Of a stretch of DNA of 64,000 nt, positions 39,598 to 52,332 are shown piece after piece. The notes below the pieces were generated by a model. That model saw only the letters and a list, made by a program, of their open reading frames with translations, searched no databases and had not been told where the DNA came from. Source of the DNA: Octopus bimaculoides (Eukaryota); contig NC_068986.1 of NCBI RefSeq assembly GCF_001194135.2, positions 26,858,331-26,922,330 of the forward strand, written 5' to 3'. A program made the translations under genes and the position numbers. How positions within the stretch are numbered: the stretch's first letter is position 1; each line of letters opens with the position of its first letter.

Positions 39598-40297
39598 NNN
39601 NNNNNNNNNNNNNNNNNNNNNNNNNNNNNNNNNNNNNNNNNNNNNNNNNNNNNNNNNNNNNNNNNNNNNNNNNNNNNNNNNNNNNNNNNNNNNNNNNNNN
39701 NNNNNNNNNNNNNNNNNNNNNNNNNNNNNNNNNNNNNNNNNNNNNNNNNNNNNNNNNNNNNNNNNNNNNNNNNNNNNNNNNNNNNNNNNNNNNNNNNNNN
39801 NNNNNNNNNNNNNNNNNNNNNNNNNNNNNNNNNNNNNNNNNNNNNNNNNNNNNNNNNNNNNNNNNNNNNNNNNNNNNNNNNNNNNNNNNNNNNNNNNNNN
39901 NNNNNNNNNNNNNNNNNNNNNNNNNNNNNNNNNNNNNNNNNNNNNNNNNNNNNNNNNNNNNNNNNNNNNNNNNNNNNNNNNNNNNNNNNNNNNNNNNNNN
40001 NNNNNNNNNNNNNNNNNNNNNNNNNNNNNNNNNNNNNNNNNNNNNNNNNNNNNNNNNNNNNNNNNNNNNNNNNNNNNNNNNNNNNNNNNNNNNNNNNNNN
40101 NNNNNNNNNNCAACAGGTTTTCTTGTTTTTTTTTTTATTTAAAAAAAAAAATTTTTTTTATTTTTATAACTGTTAAGTGGTGAAGTGATTATGATTAGAG
40201 GGGAACAAGGGAGGTGGAGGTAGGAATGTTAGGAGTAGAATTATGTATGGGGTGACTGGATGCCACTACAACACAACCTGAAAGGCAATTTAAGCTG

Positions 40298-40339
<42 letters not shown>

Positions 40340-43200
40340 GGTTGTTTTTGTGATGATATCCAGTTCTAGTAGCTGTAGTTGAGTAATAACTGATGTTCAT
40401 TGGTTGCTTGGTGCATGCATGTGTTTTTCTATTCTTTTTCTTTTTTTTTCCTTAGAGGAGCTAATGCATTTTGTTTGTGAATGTTTAACATGTGCATTTA
40501 TACAATCATACACACATACATGTACGCATACATGTGCGCAGGCTTGTTCAACTCAGGATTCTATGCCTTTTCCAGTTCCATGCTTGTATGAAATGAATAG
40601 ATATCATGTTAGTTCTTGATGAACATCTGTTGCAGTTGTTTACCATCGTCGTCATCATCATCTTCATTTCACATCCGTTTTCCATGCTGGCATGGATTAG
40701 ATGGCAGGAACTGGCAAGGCCAGGGGCTGTACCAAGTTCCATAGTCTGTTTCGGCAAGGTTTCTACAGCTGGATGCCTTTCCTACTTCCAAACACTTTAC
40801 AGAGTGTACTGGGTGCCTTTTATGTGGCACCATCACCTGTGCATTTTACAAGGTACCAGTACTTTTTACATGGCACCACCATTTTTTATGTGGCACTGTG
40901 ATCTTAGGATTTCAGTCAGCAGACCTACTCACTAAGAATTCCACAGATACTGTGGTTAAAAATTCTTTCCAACCACATAGTGTTGGGTTTGGTACCATTC
41001 TGTAGCACCTTGGGCAAGTATCTTCTACTATAGCCTTGGGCTAACTAAAGCCTTGTGACTGGATTTGATGAAAACTGTAAGAAGCTCGTGTGTGTGTGCG
41101 CGCGCTTTAATGTCTCCTTGTTTCCCCTCTCTCCCTCCCTCCCTTTCCCTCCCTCTCTCTCCTTCTCTTCCTTCCCTAAAGAATAACAAAAGCTGTGTGC
41201 ATGTACCGCACATGCACATCTTTATAATAAGCAGTATATTTGTTATGCTTTGTCAACTTAATTTGCAGTGTCCAAGCAGTTACTTCATGATGCAGGTCAT
41301 GTTGCATTTATTTCGAGTTCCAGGTCATGTTGCATTTATTTAAGTTCATTGAATGGCATTTCAAAGTTGCAATACTTGTCATACTAAACAAAAGCTGATA
41401 TTTCATCACTCATGTAACAGCTGTAGAATTATTGTTCTTCTTTGCTTTCATTTTATCATTTTCAAAGAACATAAGATATCATCTTGTAGCTGTTGGGAGT
41501 CCCTGCAGTTTCTGTAAATAATAACTGTGGCCAAGAGCCAGCTACATAGATCTTTAAGACTTATTTATTTTCCATTATTTCTTTGTCCTTTCTCTCTGAT
41601 AGATATTGTATTTTTAAAACAGCATTTACTTCGGATGAATAGCACAATAAATTTGCCTTTCACAGTGTATTGATATTAAATATGATGTGCAGATTGCTAT
41701 TTCAATCTAATACTGTTTATGGTGCATATAATGAATTTTTATTCAATTGAGCAGCTATTTACATCATCAGTGATTGTTTATTCACTGGTTTCCTATAATA
41801 TTGGTAGCGACAAATTCCATCTAAGCATGCAATTGACAGTGAGTACACCCTGTTCAATGCCAAATGAAGTAGAGTTGCATCTGGCATTATCACTAGCCTC
41901 TGTTGGGAAATTTCCATCTCCCTTGAATATATATTGTGTTTTTAAACACAGCATGTCCATTAGAGATGCTATCTCAGGACAAGTACAGCAGTAAAATTGC
42001 CTCTCACAATGTATTTACTTTAAGTATGATACATAGGTGACTATTTTAATCTAATACTACGTCTGTTGCATGAAATGGATTTTTGGACTTGTTGCTATTG
42101 TTGTTGCTGTCTGGTTTAATTTCTTTTCTAATTTAGCATGTATTAAAAAGCTATTCCATTTAACTGATGTTTATAGAAGGATTTTATATCAGTTATAGTT
42201 TATTCTCTTTCTCGACTTGTCTCTCTTTATTAATCTTACTCCAGAAACTTGTTATAGCTTCAGATAAAAGAAAAGTTTATTGATTTACATAAAAAAAAAA
42301 AAAATAATAATAAAGCATGTTCCATTGTACTTAAAAATGCTGTATATCTGTTTATCTGATTGACAAACTGGACTTTTATATTTCTTAGTCTTGGCTCCAG
42401 TCTATTCTGAATATAAATCTGAAAGTTAGAATGTTCCATAATTGAATGAAACAATGTTTTGATGAAGTCAGTGATGTTGCAGTAACTTTGAGTTCCTTAT
42501 GTAATGCAGTAATGAAGAAAGTGTGTGTGTGTGCATAAGAGTTAGGTAATGAGTACATTGAGGAATTTAGCATGTTATTAGGTGTCTGCCAGGACCTGGT
42601 TCCCAGTCCCTTGTTTATTGTAGTTCTTCAGAAAAATTAAATTAAAATTCTGGTTGCTTGTGTGAACTTCTTCATGCTAATGTTTTAATTCCCATAGCCA
42701 AATCATTCTAAAAATTAGAGTAAAAATGCCTAAATAGAAAGCCGGGTTTAGAATTGATAGAGCTAAAGTCAATATAGCAGAAATGAAAAGTCTTAACAGA
42801 AAAGATGATTCACCACTGCTCCATACTGGAAAGTAGTAGCAGTTGCTTTATATGCAGAAAGGGAAATTGTAAAAGTTCTATACTATGCACCCAGTGAAAA
42901 TAATTGGTACACAAAAAGTGTATTGGGATAGGTTGACAGAGCAGCAAGAGTTCATTATTTTATAGACGCACAGAAATAGCAAGCAGAAATAGCACAAAGC
43001 TTGTTAGATGTAGGTGATAAGTTAATTTTGTTATTCAAGGGATCTATCTGTAGCAAGGGCTGATCTTGTCTTGTGGAAACTTAATAGCCAGAGTAAGGCT
43101 GGAGTGGATAAAGTTCAAGTATCTATTACCTCTACATTGATAACAAAGGTCTCTCTCTCTCTCTGAAGAGCAGACTATTTTATGTTTATGCATTGAGTGT

Positions 43201-43395
43201 GATGATCATCATTGTTTAACGTCTGTTTTCCATGCTGGCATGGGTTGGACAGTTCAACTGGGGTCTGGAAAGCCAGGAGGCTGCACCAGGCCCCAATCTG
43301 ATCTGGCAGTGTTTCTACAGCTGGATGCCCTTCCTAATGCCAACCACTCCGAGAGTGTAGTGGGTGCTTTTTATGTATCACTGGCACAGGGGCCA
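43201..43395 (-). mobile_element. RTE 3'-tail copy
   Basis: catcattgtttaacgtctgttttccatgctggcatggg...ctggcacaggggccag. Confidence 0.82.
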
Positions 43396-43402
43396 GAGGA
43401 TA

Positions 43403-43617
43403 GGTTTCAAATTTTGGCACAAAGGCCAGCAACTTTGGAAGAGGGGGTAAGTTGATTACATTGACCCCAGTGTTCAACTGGTACTTATTTTATCAACCCC
43501 AAAAGGATGAAAGGTAAAGTCGACTCCGGCAGCATTTGAACTCAGAACATAAAGTCTGAAGAAATGTCACCAAGCAGTTTTTTCGGCACAGTAACAATTC
43601 TGCCAGTTTGCCGCCTT
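43403..43617 (-). mobile_element. SINE family B
   Basis: Reverse complement of aaggcggcaaactggcagaattgttac...gagttcaaatgc...taagtaccagttgaacactgggg. Confidence 0.82.
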
Positions 43618-44277
43618 GCATGGAGTGTAACTAGACATGAGTGCTGAATGTGGATGATATGCAAGGGATGAAAAGAAAGGAGGTGAGCATGCATTGCAGG
43701 ATGTGTTATTTCTGCATGCATGAATGACAGAACATGATTAAGCTGAGAGAAAGACTGGTTGCCACAGGTATCTCAGTGCAATGTACAAGGGAAAATTGCT
43801 GAGCTATTAATGTGATATGAATGAAGAAAGATAGATGAAAAAGTGTGTAATAAATGTGTATATGAGTTTGCAGAAGTGGTAGTCCAAAGATGTGGGTAGA
43901 AGTGATGAGGACATTTCTCAAAGTGCTAAGTGCCTCAAAACCTATGACGAGTGAAAAAACCTTGTCTTGAAACTAATCCACAAAACCCGCATGGAAAAAA
44001 AAAAAAATAGACACATATATTTTGTTTGCGATAAAACGTGATAAAAAATAAAATGTTTCATGTCAAATAAGTCCGTGTTGAATTAGCAGTGGTGTTGAAT
44101 CAGCGGCACAAAAAATGAATTGTTCCAAAATGTCTTATAACTGCCTCCCTTCACTTGGGAAATTTTCAATATTAGCCCTCTGAAGCTGATGCTTGCTGTT
44201 ATGGTCTTCTTGGTGACAGTAAGAATTATCTTTCTCTTCTTGTTTGTTGTTTTAATAAATTCAAGAAATGTTGTAAA

Positions 44278-44447
44278 AGCACCCATTACACTCTTGGTGT
44301 GGTTGGCATTGGGAAGGGCATCTAGCTGTAGAAACCATGCCAAATTGGACTAGATCTTGGTACAGCCTTCCGGCTTGCCAGCCCTGGTGAAATTGTCCAA
44401 CCCATGTCAGCATGGACAATGGACATAAAATGATGATGATGATGATG
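44278..44447 (+). mobile_element. RTE 3'-tail copy
   Basis: agcacccattacactc...gtccaacccatgtcagcatggacaatggacataaaatgatgatg. Confidence 0.8.
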
Positions 44448-45944
44448 TCGTCAGAATGAATGAAATTCTAGAACTTTGATACATACTCATATAAAATCTA
44501 ATAAAGTATTGATCTAAAAAATATAATCATCATTATTTAGCATCCATATTCCATGCTGGCATGGATTGGACAGTTGTAAAAAAAAAAAAAAAAATGTATA
44601 CCGTGGAAAAATCATGATTATTTTTTTTAAAACATATACCATTACATTCATCTTTGTTTCTTGATTGTATTGTATATTATATAATATCAGAACATTTCAT
44701 TATGCATCTGATGGAAGACTGCTACTGGCTTGTTCTTAGAGGCTTTTGGGAAAACTTTTTTTTTTTTGCTCCTTTATTTTTATTTTTTTAAACTTAATCA
44801 TTTAAAAGCAAAAAATTTTGCAATATATTTTCAGAGATGCTGTGGCCGGAAAATCTTCGCTANNNNNNNNNNNNNNNNNNNNNNNNNNNNNNNNNNNNNN
44901 NNNNNNNNNNNNNNNNNNNNNNNNNNNNNNNNNNNNNNNNNNNNNNNNNNNNNNNNNNNNNNNNNNNNNNNNNNNNNNNNNNNNNNNNNNNNNNNNNNNN
45001 NNNNNNNNNNNNNNNNNNNNNNNNNNNNNNNNNNNNNNNNNNNNNNNNNNNNNNNNNNNNNNNNNNNNNNNNNNNNNNNNNNNNNNNNNNNNNNNNNNNN
45101 NNNNNNNNNNNNNNNNNNNNNNNNNNNNNNNNNNNNNNNNNNNNNNNNNNNNNNNNNNNNNNNNNNNNNNNNNNNNNNNNNNNNNNNNNNNNNNNNNNNN
45201 NNNNNNNNNNNNNNNNNNNNNNNNNNNNNNNNNNNNNNNNNNNNNNNNNNNNNNNNNNNNNNNNNNNNNNNNNNNNNNNNNNNNNNNNNNNNNNNNNNNN
45301 NNNNNNNNNNNNNNNNNNNNNNNNNNNNNNNNNNNNNNNNNNNNNNNNNNNNNNNNNNNNNNNNNNNNNNNNNNNNNNNNNNNNNNNNNNNNNNNNNNNN
45401 NNNNNNNNNNNNNNNNNNNNNNNNNNNNNNNNNNNNNNNNNNNNNNNNNNNNNNNNNNNNNNNNNNNNNNNNNNNNNNNNNNNNNNNNNNNNNNNNNNNN
45501 NNNNNNNNNNNNNNNNNNNNNNNNNNNNNNNNNNNNNNNNNNNNNNNNNNNNNNNNNNNNNNNNNNNNNNNNNNNNNNNNNNNNNNNNNNNNNNNNNNNN
45601 NNNNNNNNNNNNNNNNNNNNNNNNNNNNNNNNNNNNNNNNNNGGGCAGAGTACCTTTTGGCAAATATTCCGGTACCTTGCATTCTGACTTCAAATCTTAC
45701 CATGGTCTACTTTATCTTTCACTATTCTTGGGTCAATAAGATATCGGACTACGACAGTCGACTGGGGGTGGGGTGGGGTGGAGTGTTGGAAGAGATACCT
45801 TGTGGTATTCATTCCAGTTCTTTGTCTTAAGTTCAAGTGCAGCCTTGGCTGATAGATGTAATTTGTTGCAAGCCTGGGGGCCAAGTTTCCAGTTTGAGGA
45901 TCTCTTCTCTCTCTCTCTCTCTCAGACCTTCTTAACTAACATGT

Positions 45945-45983
<39 letters not shown>

Positions 45984-46079
45984 TAGTAGTAGTAGTAGTT
46001 AAAAAGAACCCATGAGATCTTTTTCTCTTCTTTAAAGTTACTGACCCGTCATTGATTACCTCAATGTCTTGTTTATAAT

Positions 46080-46295
46080 AAGGCAGCAGGCTGGCAGAAT
46101 TGGTAGCATGGCAGGCAAAATGCTTTGCAGAATTTTATCCGTCTTCACGTTCTCAGTTCAAATTCTGCTAAAGTTGACTTTGCCTTTCATCCTTTCAGGG
46201 TCGATGAAATAAGTACCAGTTGAACACTGGGGTTTTTCTAATTGACTAATCCCCTCCTCTGAAATTGCTGGCCTTGTGCCAAAATCTGAAATCAA
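46080..46295 (+). mobile_element. SINE family B
   Basis: aaggcagcaggctggcagaa...gttcaaattc...gttgactttgcctttcatcctttcagggtcgatgaaataagtaccagt. Confidence 0.85.
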
Positions 46296-46672
46296 TATCT
46301 TGTTCGCAATGTTTTCAATAAATAATATATGATTTCACTGTTAGAGATATTGCTCTTACTACAACAAATACCATATAATGTTTAGATTTATACTATATAC
46401 AACGCCTCTATGGCAACTAATATTATTTTTCTCCTAATTAAGTTTCTATTATTAATAAAATTACTATTGTCATTTAATATAGGTGTCTGTAGATAAAATT
46501 TCTTTTAAGGACAGTTAATGGTTTGTATTTGATTGATGTAATTTTCTTGTTTCATTAGATAGTGTTACAGATTTATATAAAGTATATATATGAGATTATG
46601 GACGGTATGAGTGACTATGAAATATATTCAGTTTAAAATATGTCATTTTCTTCTTCTTTTATTTATGGTTTA

Positions 46673-46948
46673 AAGGCGGTGAGCTGGCAGAAACGTTAGC
46701 ACGCTGGGTGGAATGCTTAGCAGTATTTCATGTCTTTACATTCTGAGTTCAAATTCCGCCAAGGTCAACATTGCCTTTCATCCTTTCAGGGTTGATAAAT
46801 TAAGTACCAGTTACACACTAGGGTCGATGTAATCGACTTAATTCCTTTATCTGTCCTTGTTTGCCCCCTCTATGTTTAGCCCCTTGTGGGCAATAAAGAA
46901 ATAAGAAACGTTAGCATGCTGGGTAGAATGCTTAGTGGTATTTCTTTT
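46673..46948 (+). mobile_element. SINE family B variant with a partial head repeated at its 3' end
   Basis: aaggcggtgagctggcagaaacgttagcacgc... followed by agaaacgttagcatgctgggtagaatgcttag at about 46905. Confidence 0.85.
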
Positions 46949-48151
46949 GTAGATTGGAAGATTAGATTAGTACAAAAAATACTTCAGATAATGACTTATG
47001 GATAATTAGATATAAAATGAGGGAAAATAGTTTAAAAACTAGGTCTAGTTTGTTTGCTATTTTAGTCAAATTTATTGCTTCGTATCGCATAAAAATTTTC
47101 AGTTCAGTTTACACTGGTGTTGATTTTTATTTTTTACCAGTTAAGGATTTTTGTTTAGTGCCCCAATTTAACTTAGCAGTTCAAAGGCATTCCAGATGTT
47201 ACCCATTCCATCACTTTTGAGGTCTTTAAGGATACATTATATAATGCACCCCCACCTATTTTTGTTTTTGATTTGAGGCAAGCTTGTCTACTATTTCTAG
47301 CAGATTGAGTGACCACCTAGTGGTTCTTGAATGGTACTATCATCGTTTCTATGTTTGTCTGGGTCTGACAGAATTTGTTGCAGCAAATTTTCTATGGTTG
47401 GATGCCTTTCCTATCCCCAACTCTCACCTGTTTTTTTAAGCAAATAATATTTCTACATAGCTCAACATGTTTCCATAGAAAATTGGAAATAACTGTCACA
47501 TGATATCAAGACAAAAGTGACACGAAACACGCATGTACAATTATGTGCACACACATATACTCACTCACAAGCACATACCTCTACCCACACTTAAACATAT
47601 AGTCATAAATGCTTATATGTTTATATAATATACATATATGATGAGCTTCTTTTTAAATTTCTGTCTACCAAATCCACTCACAAGACTTTGTGAATCAATC
47701 AAATTGTAGTGCATCTTCATTGCGAAATTTTTCTTAAAAAAGCGAAAATGACACTGATGCAAATAAAATTTGACTTTTGAAATAGTGCTAAATTATGAAC
47801 TTTATTGTTTTGATTATTTCATCTAACAATCTGTTCTTGCAACACTTTGTGAGAGCGTGCACCCACGTAAACATGCTATTCTCGTTCATCATATCACCAC
47901 TTGAACCTTGCTGTCATTTGACAACAATCCTCTGTGAAGATCAGGTACTTATCAGTGAGTTCAGAGACTAAAACATGTACTTGGAACCAGTTGAAGAGGT
48001 GTACTTGTCTTGAACGACTTAAATTAAGATTGTATACAAAACTACTTGGTGTAATAGATAAAATAGAAGTGCTCTTTAGAGGACACTCTTGGTAAAAGCA
48101 AGATTCTTTCCTCCTTATATACTTAAATTTATTTCAAATGGTCTCTTCAGA

Positions 48152-48193
<42 letters not shown>

Positions 48194-49056
48194 CATGCTA
48201 TTTATTTTTTACCTTTATTTTTAATTAAAAAAATGTGGAAGAGTAAATTTGCACACTGTGTATGTTAGCCACTAAAGATGCATATATATTTACTGACTTG
48301 GTATAAATATTTAATGTAAGTGTACTTGTAGGTGTTTTAATTGTTAGCTTTGGCTGTGCCTTGATGTAATTATGTAAGATTATTTGAAATTTGTTTGAGT
48401 TTAGATTTGTTTGTTGGGGTTTTTTGTCTTTTTGTTTTGTGAGTGAGCAGAAGGAAACACTGGTACTTAATGTGTTAAAATGCTATCTTCTTTACACCAG
48501 AGTTCTCATTGTGTTGTGTTAAGATTAAGAAACAAGGTTTTCTTTTCTTAAATCTTCAAATAAAGTTTTTAAAGCATCTGGTTTAAAGAAAAAATTGGAA
48601 AGAAATTTTTCTTTAAAAAGAATTAATAAACTGTTAGTGGAATAATATCATATAATTATTATTCTTGCAAATATTATCTTATGGGTATATTACATTATTG
48701 TTGCTGCCCTCCATTCATAATTTATTAACCCTTCTTTTCTTAATACAATGAATACAAGCAATTCATAAAGTGAGAATTAGTTTGCTGTGAGGTGGAGTAA
48801 AGTCAAACTGTTCCAGAGAAAGAAAATAATAAGCAATATAAAGTTATATACAAAAATGTGTGCACTTTCTCCCCTTCCAATGAAGGGCCTGCCTTATTTG
48901 TAATGTCACACCTCTCCTCTTCCTCACAAATAAACAAACATATTTTTAGTTTGTTAACTGTTTGTATTTAGTATTTGAAGATGCAGACAGACCATCATTA
49001 ATGTCATTACATTCTACTGTTTTAATTCTGACGAAGCAAGTAATTTTTGTTTAAAT

Positions 49057-49961
49057 TTGTGGTTTTCACCCAGGGTCTGTATGACCCTAGAGGGCCCATA
49101 TGAGATTTTTGTGGGTCCATGCAAGCAAAATAGTAAATTGGGAATCCACAGTAGTATATGAAGGGTCCATGAAAAAATTTTGCTTTAGATGTGTTTATTG
49201 TAAGAAACAGCGACCCTTTTTTTAGCAAAAGTTTTACATAAGGCATGGCTGTGTGGTAAAAAGCTTGCTTCCCAACCATAGGGTTCCTGGTTCAGTCCTA
49301 CTGCGTGGCACCTTGGGCAAGTGCCTTTTACTATGGCGTCGTGCCAACCAAATCCCTGTGAGTGGATTTGGTTGATGGAAACTGAAAGAAGCCCGTCGTA
49401 ATGTTTATGTATGTGTTTGTCCTCCGACCGTCGCTTGACAACCGATGTTGGCATGTTTACGTCTCCGTAACTTAGTGGTTCAGTTAAAGAGACCGATAGA
49501 ATAAGTATTCGACTTACAAAGAATAAGTCCTGAGGTCGATTTGTTCGATTAAGGAAACTGAAAGAAGCCCGTCGTATATATATAGTGTTTATGTCTGTGT
49601 TTGTCCTCCCACCGTCGCTTGACAACCGTTGTTGGCGTGTTTACGTCCCCTTAACTTAATGGTTCGGCAAAAGAAACCGATAGAATAAGTATTCGGCTTA
49701 CAAAGAATAAGTCCTGAGGTCGATTTGTTCGATTAAGGGCGGTGCTCCAGCTTGGTTGCAGTCAAATGACTGAAACAAGTAAAAGAATTAAAGAATAGTT
49801 CAACAAACAAGTTTGTGATAAACAAAATAGGAATTTTGAAAGGAGTATAACACGAGTTTTTAAACATCGTATGGCTTTGGGAGCCCATCAGAACAGAATA
49901 GTAATCAAAAGTCTCTGTAGATAAAAAAAAAGAAAAGAAAAGAAATGGTTGAGAACCACTG
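49057..49961. mobile_element. hAT-type MITE with perfect 8-bp TSD, interrupted by a SINE
   Basis: GTTTAAAT at 49049-49056 and 49962-49969; ends ttgtggttttcacc / ggttgagaaccactg. Confidence 0.82.
49241..49797 (+). mobile_element. Family A SINE with an internal tandem duplication of about 175-185 bp
   Basis: ggaaactgaaagaagcccgtcgta...ttgttcgattaa occurs twice (about 49378-49552 and 49553-49736). Confidence 0.9.
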
Positions 49962-49969
49962 GTTTAAAT

Positions 49970-50130
49970 AAATGCGGAGTTCATTTCGTAATTGATAACG
50001 AGAGAGAGAGAGAGAGAACAAAAACGTTACATGGTGAATGTCAAGAGAGTGTATCATGTTGTAAGGGAGATTATCGTTGAAAAAAATGAGAGTTACTTCC
50101 CTTGACGATTATACCGTGAAGTATTTTTTC
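49970..50130. promoter_or_regulatory. Second candidate promoter-like CpG patch
   Basis: About 7 CpGs in 160 nt, TCATTTCGT at 49981, (GA)n, and agttacttcccttg. Same ingredients as 11280-11560. Confidence 0.3.
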
Positions 50131-52120
50131 TATTGATTTTTCAAGTTACAAGCAGTTTATATCTTGACAGTTTTCTGAATAAATTTATGCATTGAAAGCT
50201 GCATAGTTTTCTTTTCCTTTAGAAGCAAAAGAAAAGAAAATGTCATGCTTATCTCTCATACTTAAGAAGTTCGATACATTTGCGTTAATGTATTGAAGCT
50301 GGTCAAAAGACCATTGCTTAAAATCTCCCATTTGAACAAATTTTTATATCTGTACCATCATCTTGTTGAAAAAGCTTACAAGCCAAACTTTAATATTGCT
50401 ATTTTTAAGGAATTTCTATGAAGTCTCCTTATTACACTGGGGTCAATGTAATCGACTACACCCCCCCCCACCCTGCAAAAAAAAAAAAAAAAATTCAGGC
50501 CTTATGCTTATAATAGAAAGGATTATTATTATTATTAGGGCAGCAAGCTGGCAGAATCTTTACCTTTATGTTCTAAGTTCAAATACTGCCAATGTCAACT
50601 TTACCTTTCATCCTTTTGGGGTTGATGAAATAATTACCAGTTGAGTACTGGGGTTGATGTAATTTATAAACCCCTTCCTGCCAAAATTTCAGGCCTTGTG
50701 CCTAAAGTAGAAAGGATTATTATTCTGAGGATTTGTCCATCCCTTTTTAATCCATGCTGCTTCTGCTCCCTTAAGTGACTACCGTTCTTCCTGAGACTCT
50801 GTTCAATGTAATAACTCTGCAATTAGAAGCTTGTATGAATTCTATAAACCTTTCTGGTGTTTGAAATAACTGAATAGTAATTTTTAATAAATAGTGAAAA
50901 TCACTTTTGGATATATAATAAATAATGTATTGTTATACTTTAGCACTATGTCAGTCCTGATTGAGTAAACTATGATCAAAAAGCATTCTACCTGTGACCG
51001 CTCATGTTTTTAGAAGTATGTAGAGCTATGTTTTGCAATATATCCTCTTGTTGGAAATGGGAATGAGTGATTTGGAAAAGGTTTAGCTGCTAATTTTAGC
51101 AGATCTAATAGCCACATGGAGGTTAGTTTTGATGTAGAATGTAGTGTGTTTATATAATGTATAGTTAATTTGTTTTGTGTGAGCCAGTACACTTGGTATA
51201 TAAAATATGAAGTCACAAGCATGACAACACTTAAATTGCAAATGTAGAAATCTTAATTGTCTGTGTCAGACTACACAGAGTGTGATAAGATATATTTACT
51301 ATCTGGGTGTTTAGTACTATGTGTCATAATAGTAAAACTTGATGAGTGGCATGAGTTAGGCAACTTATGTGTTGCATATGATGGAAGCAATGTGTAATGT
51401 AATACGTTTAACTTTTACGTGGGGCTGAAATATCAATTGAGGTGGTTGGGTATTAAGAAAATTATCCAAAGCTACATTCTATGAAAATGGCCAAGGAAGG
51501 TAATTTGGGCATGTTGGGAGAATAAAATGACAAAAAGTGGGGATGTAGGGGGCAGGATTAAATGTAATCATTGTAGGAATATTGTGGTTGTTTGATAACT
51601 GAAGCAGAAGAGAGAGCCATATTTTGAAATGAGGTTGTTTGGGTTTAGCTAAAATAAATGGGACACGCGGAAGAAATAGATTCAGGAAGATATCAGATGG
51701 TAAAGTTGATCTGGTGTACTCATCTTATATCCTTGCCAGCCAACATGGAAGAACATACTTGGAATGATAATGATGATATATCATAGTGATAAATGTGGCA
51801 GCTGTTAACATTTTTGTGTGTGTCGGAGGAAAGAAAGATTTATGTAAACAGTTTGATAATAATTACTCTCTTTTCAAAAATGATGTATTTTTCAGGCATG
51901 CAATAATAAAAGAGCTCCAGATTTGCTTGACTAATATTTTCATAGTTAACCTGAAGTATACATCTTACACTTTATGTAATAAAATATTATCTTGATCATA
52001 CACCATCATCAAGATTGTCAATGTTTAGCATCTATTTTCCATGTTGGCATGGGTTAGACAGTTCGAATAAGATGTCTTTGGTGGTGGTGGTGGTGGTGAT
52101 GATGATGATGATGATGATGA

Positions 52121-52332
52121 TTTCAGATTACTCTGTCAAATGTAATCCTTATTTATTCACATCGTTTTGAATTAATCATTTATTATTTTGAAGCTTCAAG
52201 ATTTTGATAATGTGATTATTTATATGAATAGCATTGTTGGGTAGGTCTGAGAATCTGGATCTGATCAGATTGAACATGCAACAGGTAGAATATTTGGGAT
52301 GGATATGATCAGTTTAAATGCTAAAGAGTTAA
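52121..52332. mobile_element. piggyBac-type MITE, one end eroded
   Basis: ttcagattactctgtcaaatg...aaatgctaaagagttaa; homologous to 28169-28372. Confidence 0.7.

Noticed and set aside
38777-40183. 430-470 aa ORFs rich in LSVC or RQRE
   Set aside because: Translations of the (TC)/(TCTG) microsatellite plus a gap.
40456-40619. Strong acceptor followed by an in-frame ELMHFVCECLTC...* reading
   Set aside because: No donor, the reading runs through CA-repeat sequence into an RTE tail, and there is no SMG5 similarity.
41293-41340. Direct repeat caggtcatgttgcatttatt, two copies
   Set aside because: An isolated short duplication with no associated feature.
42840-42940. VKVLYYAPS, reminiscent of a LINE endonuclease YAP motif
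   Set aside because: Too short and degenerate to support a call.
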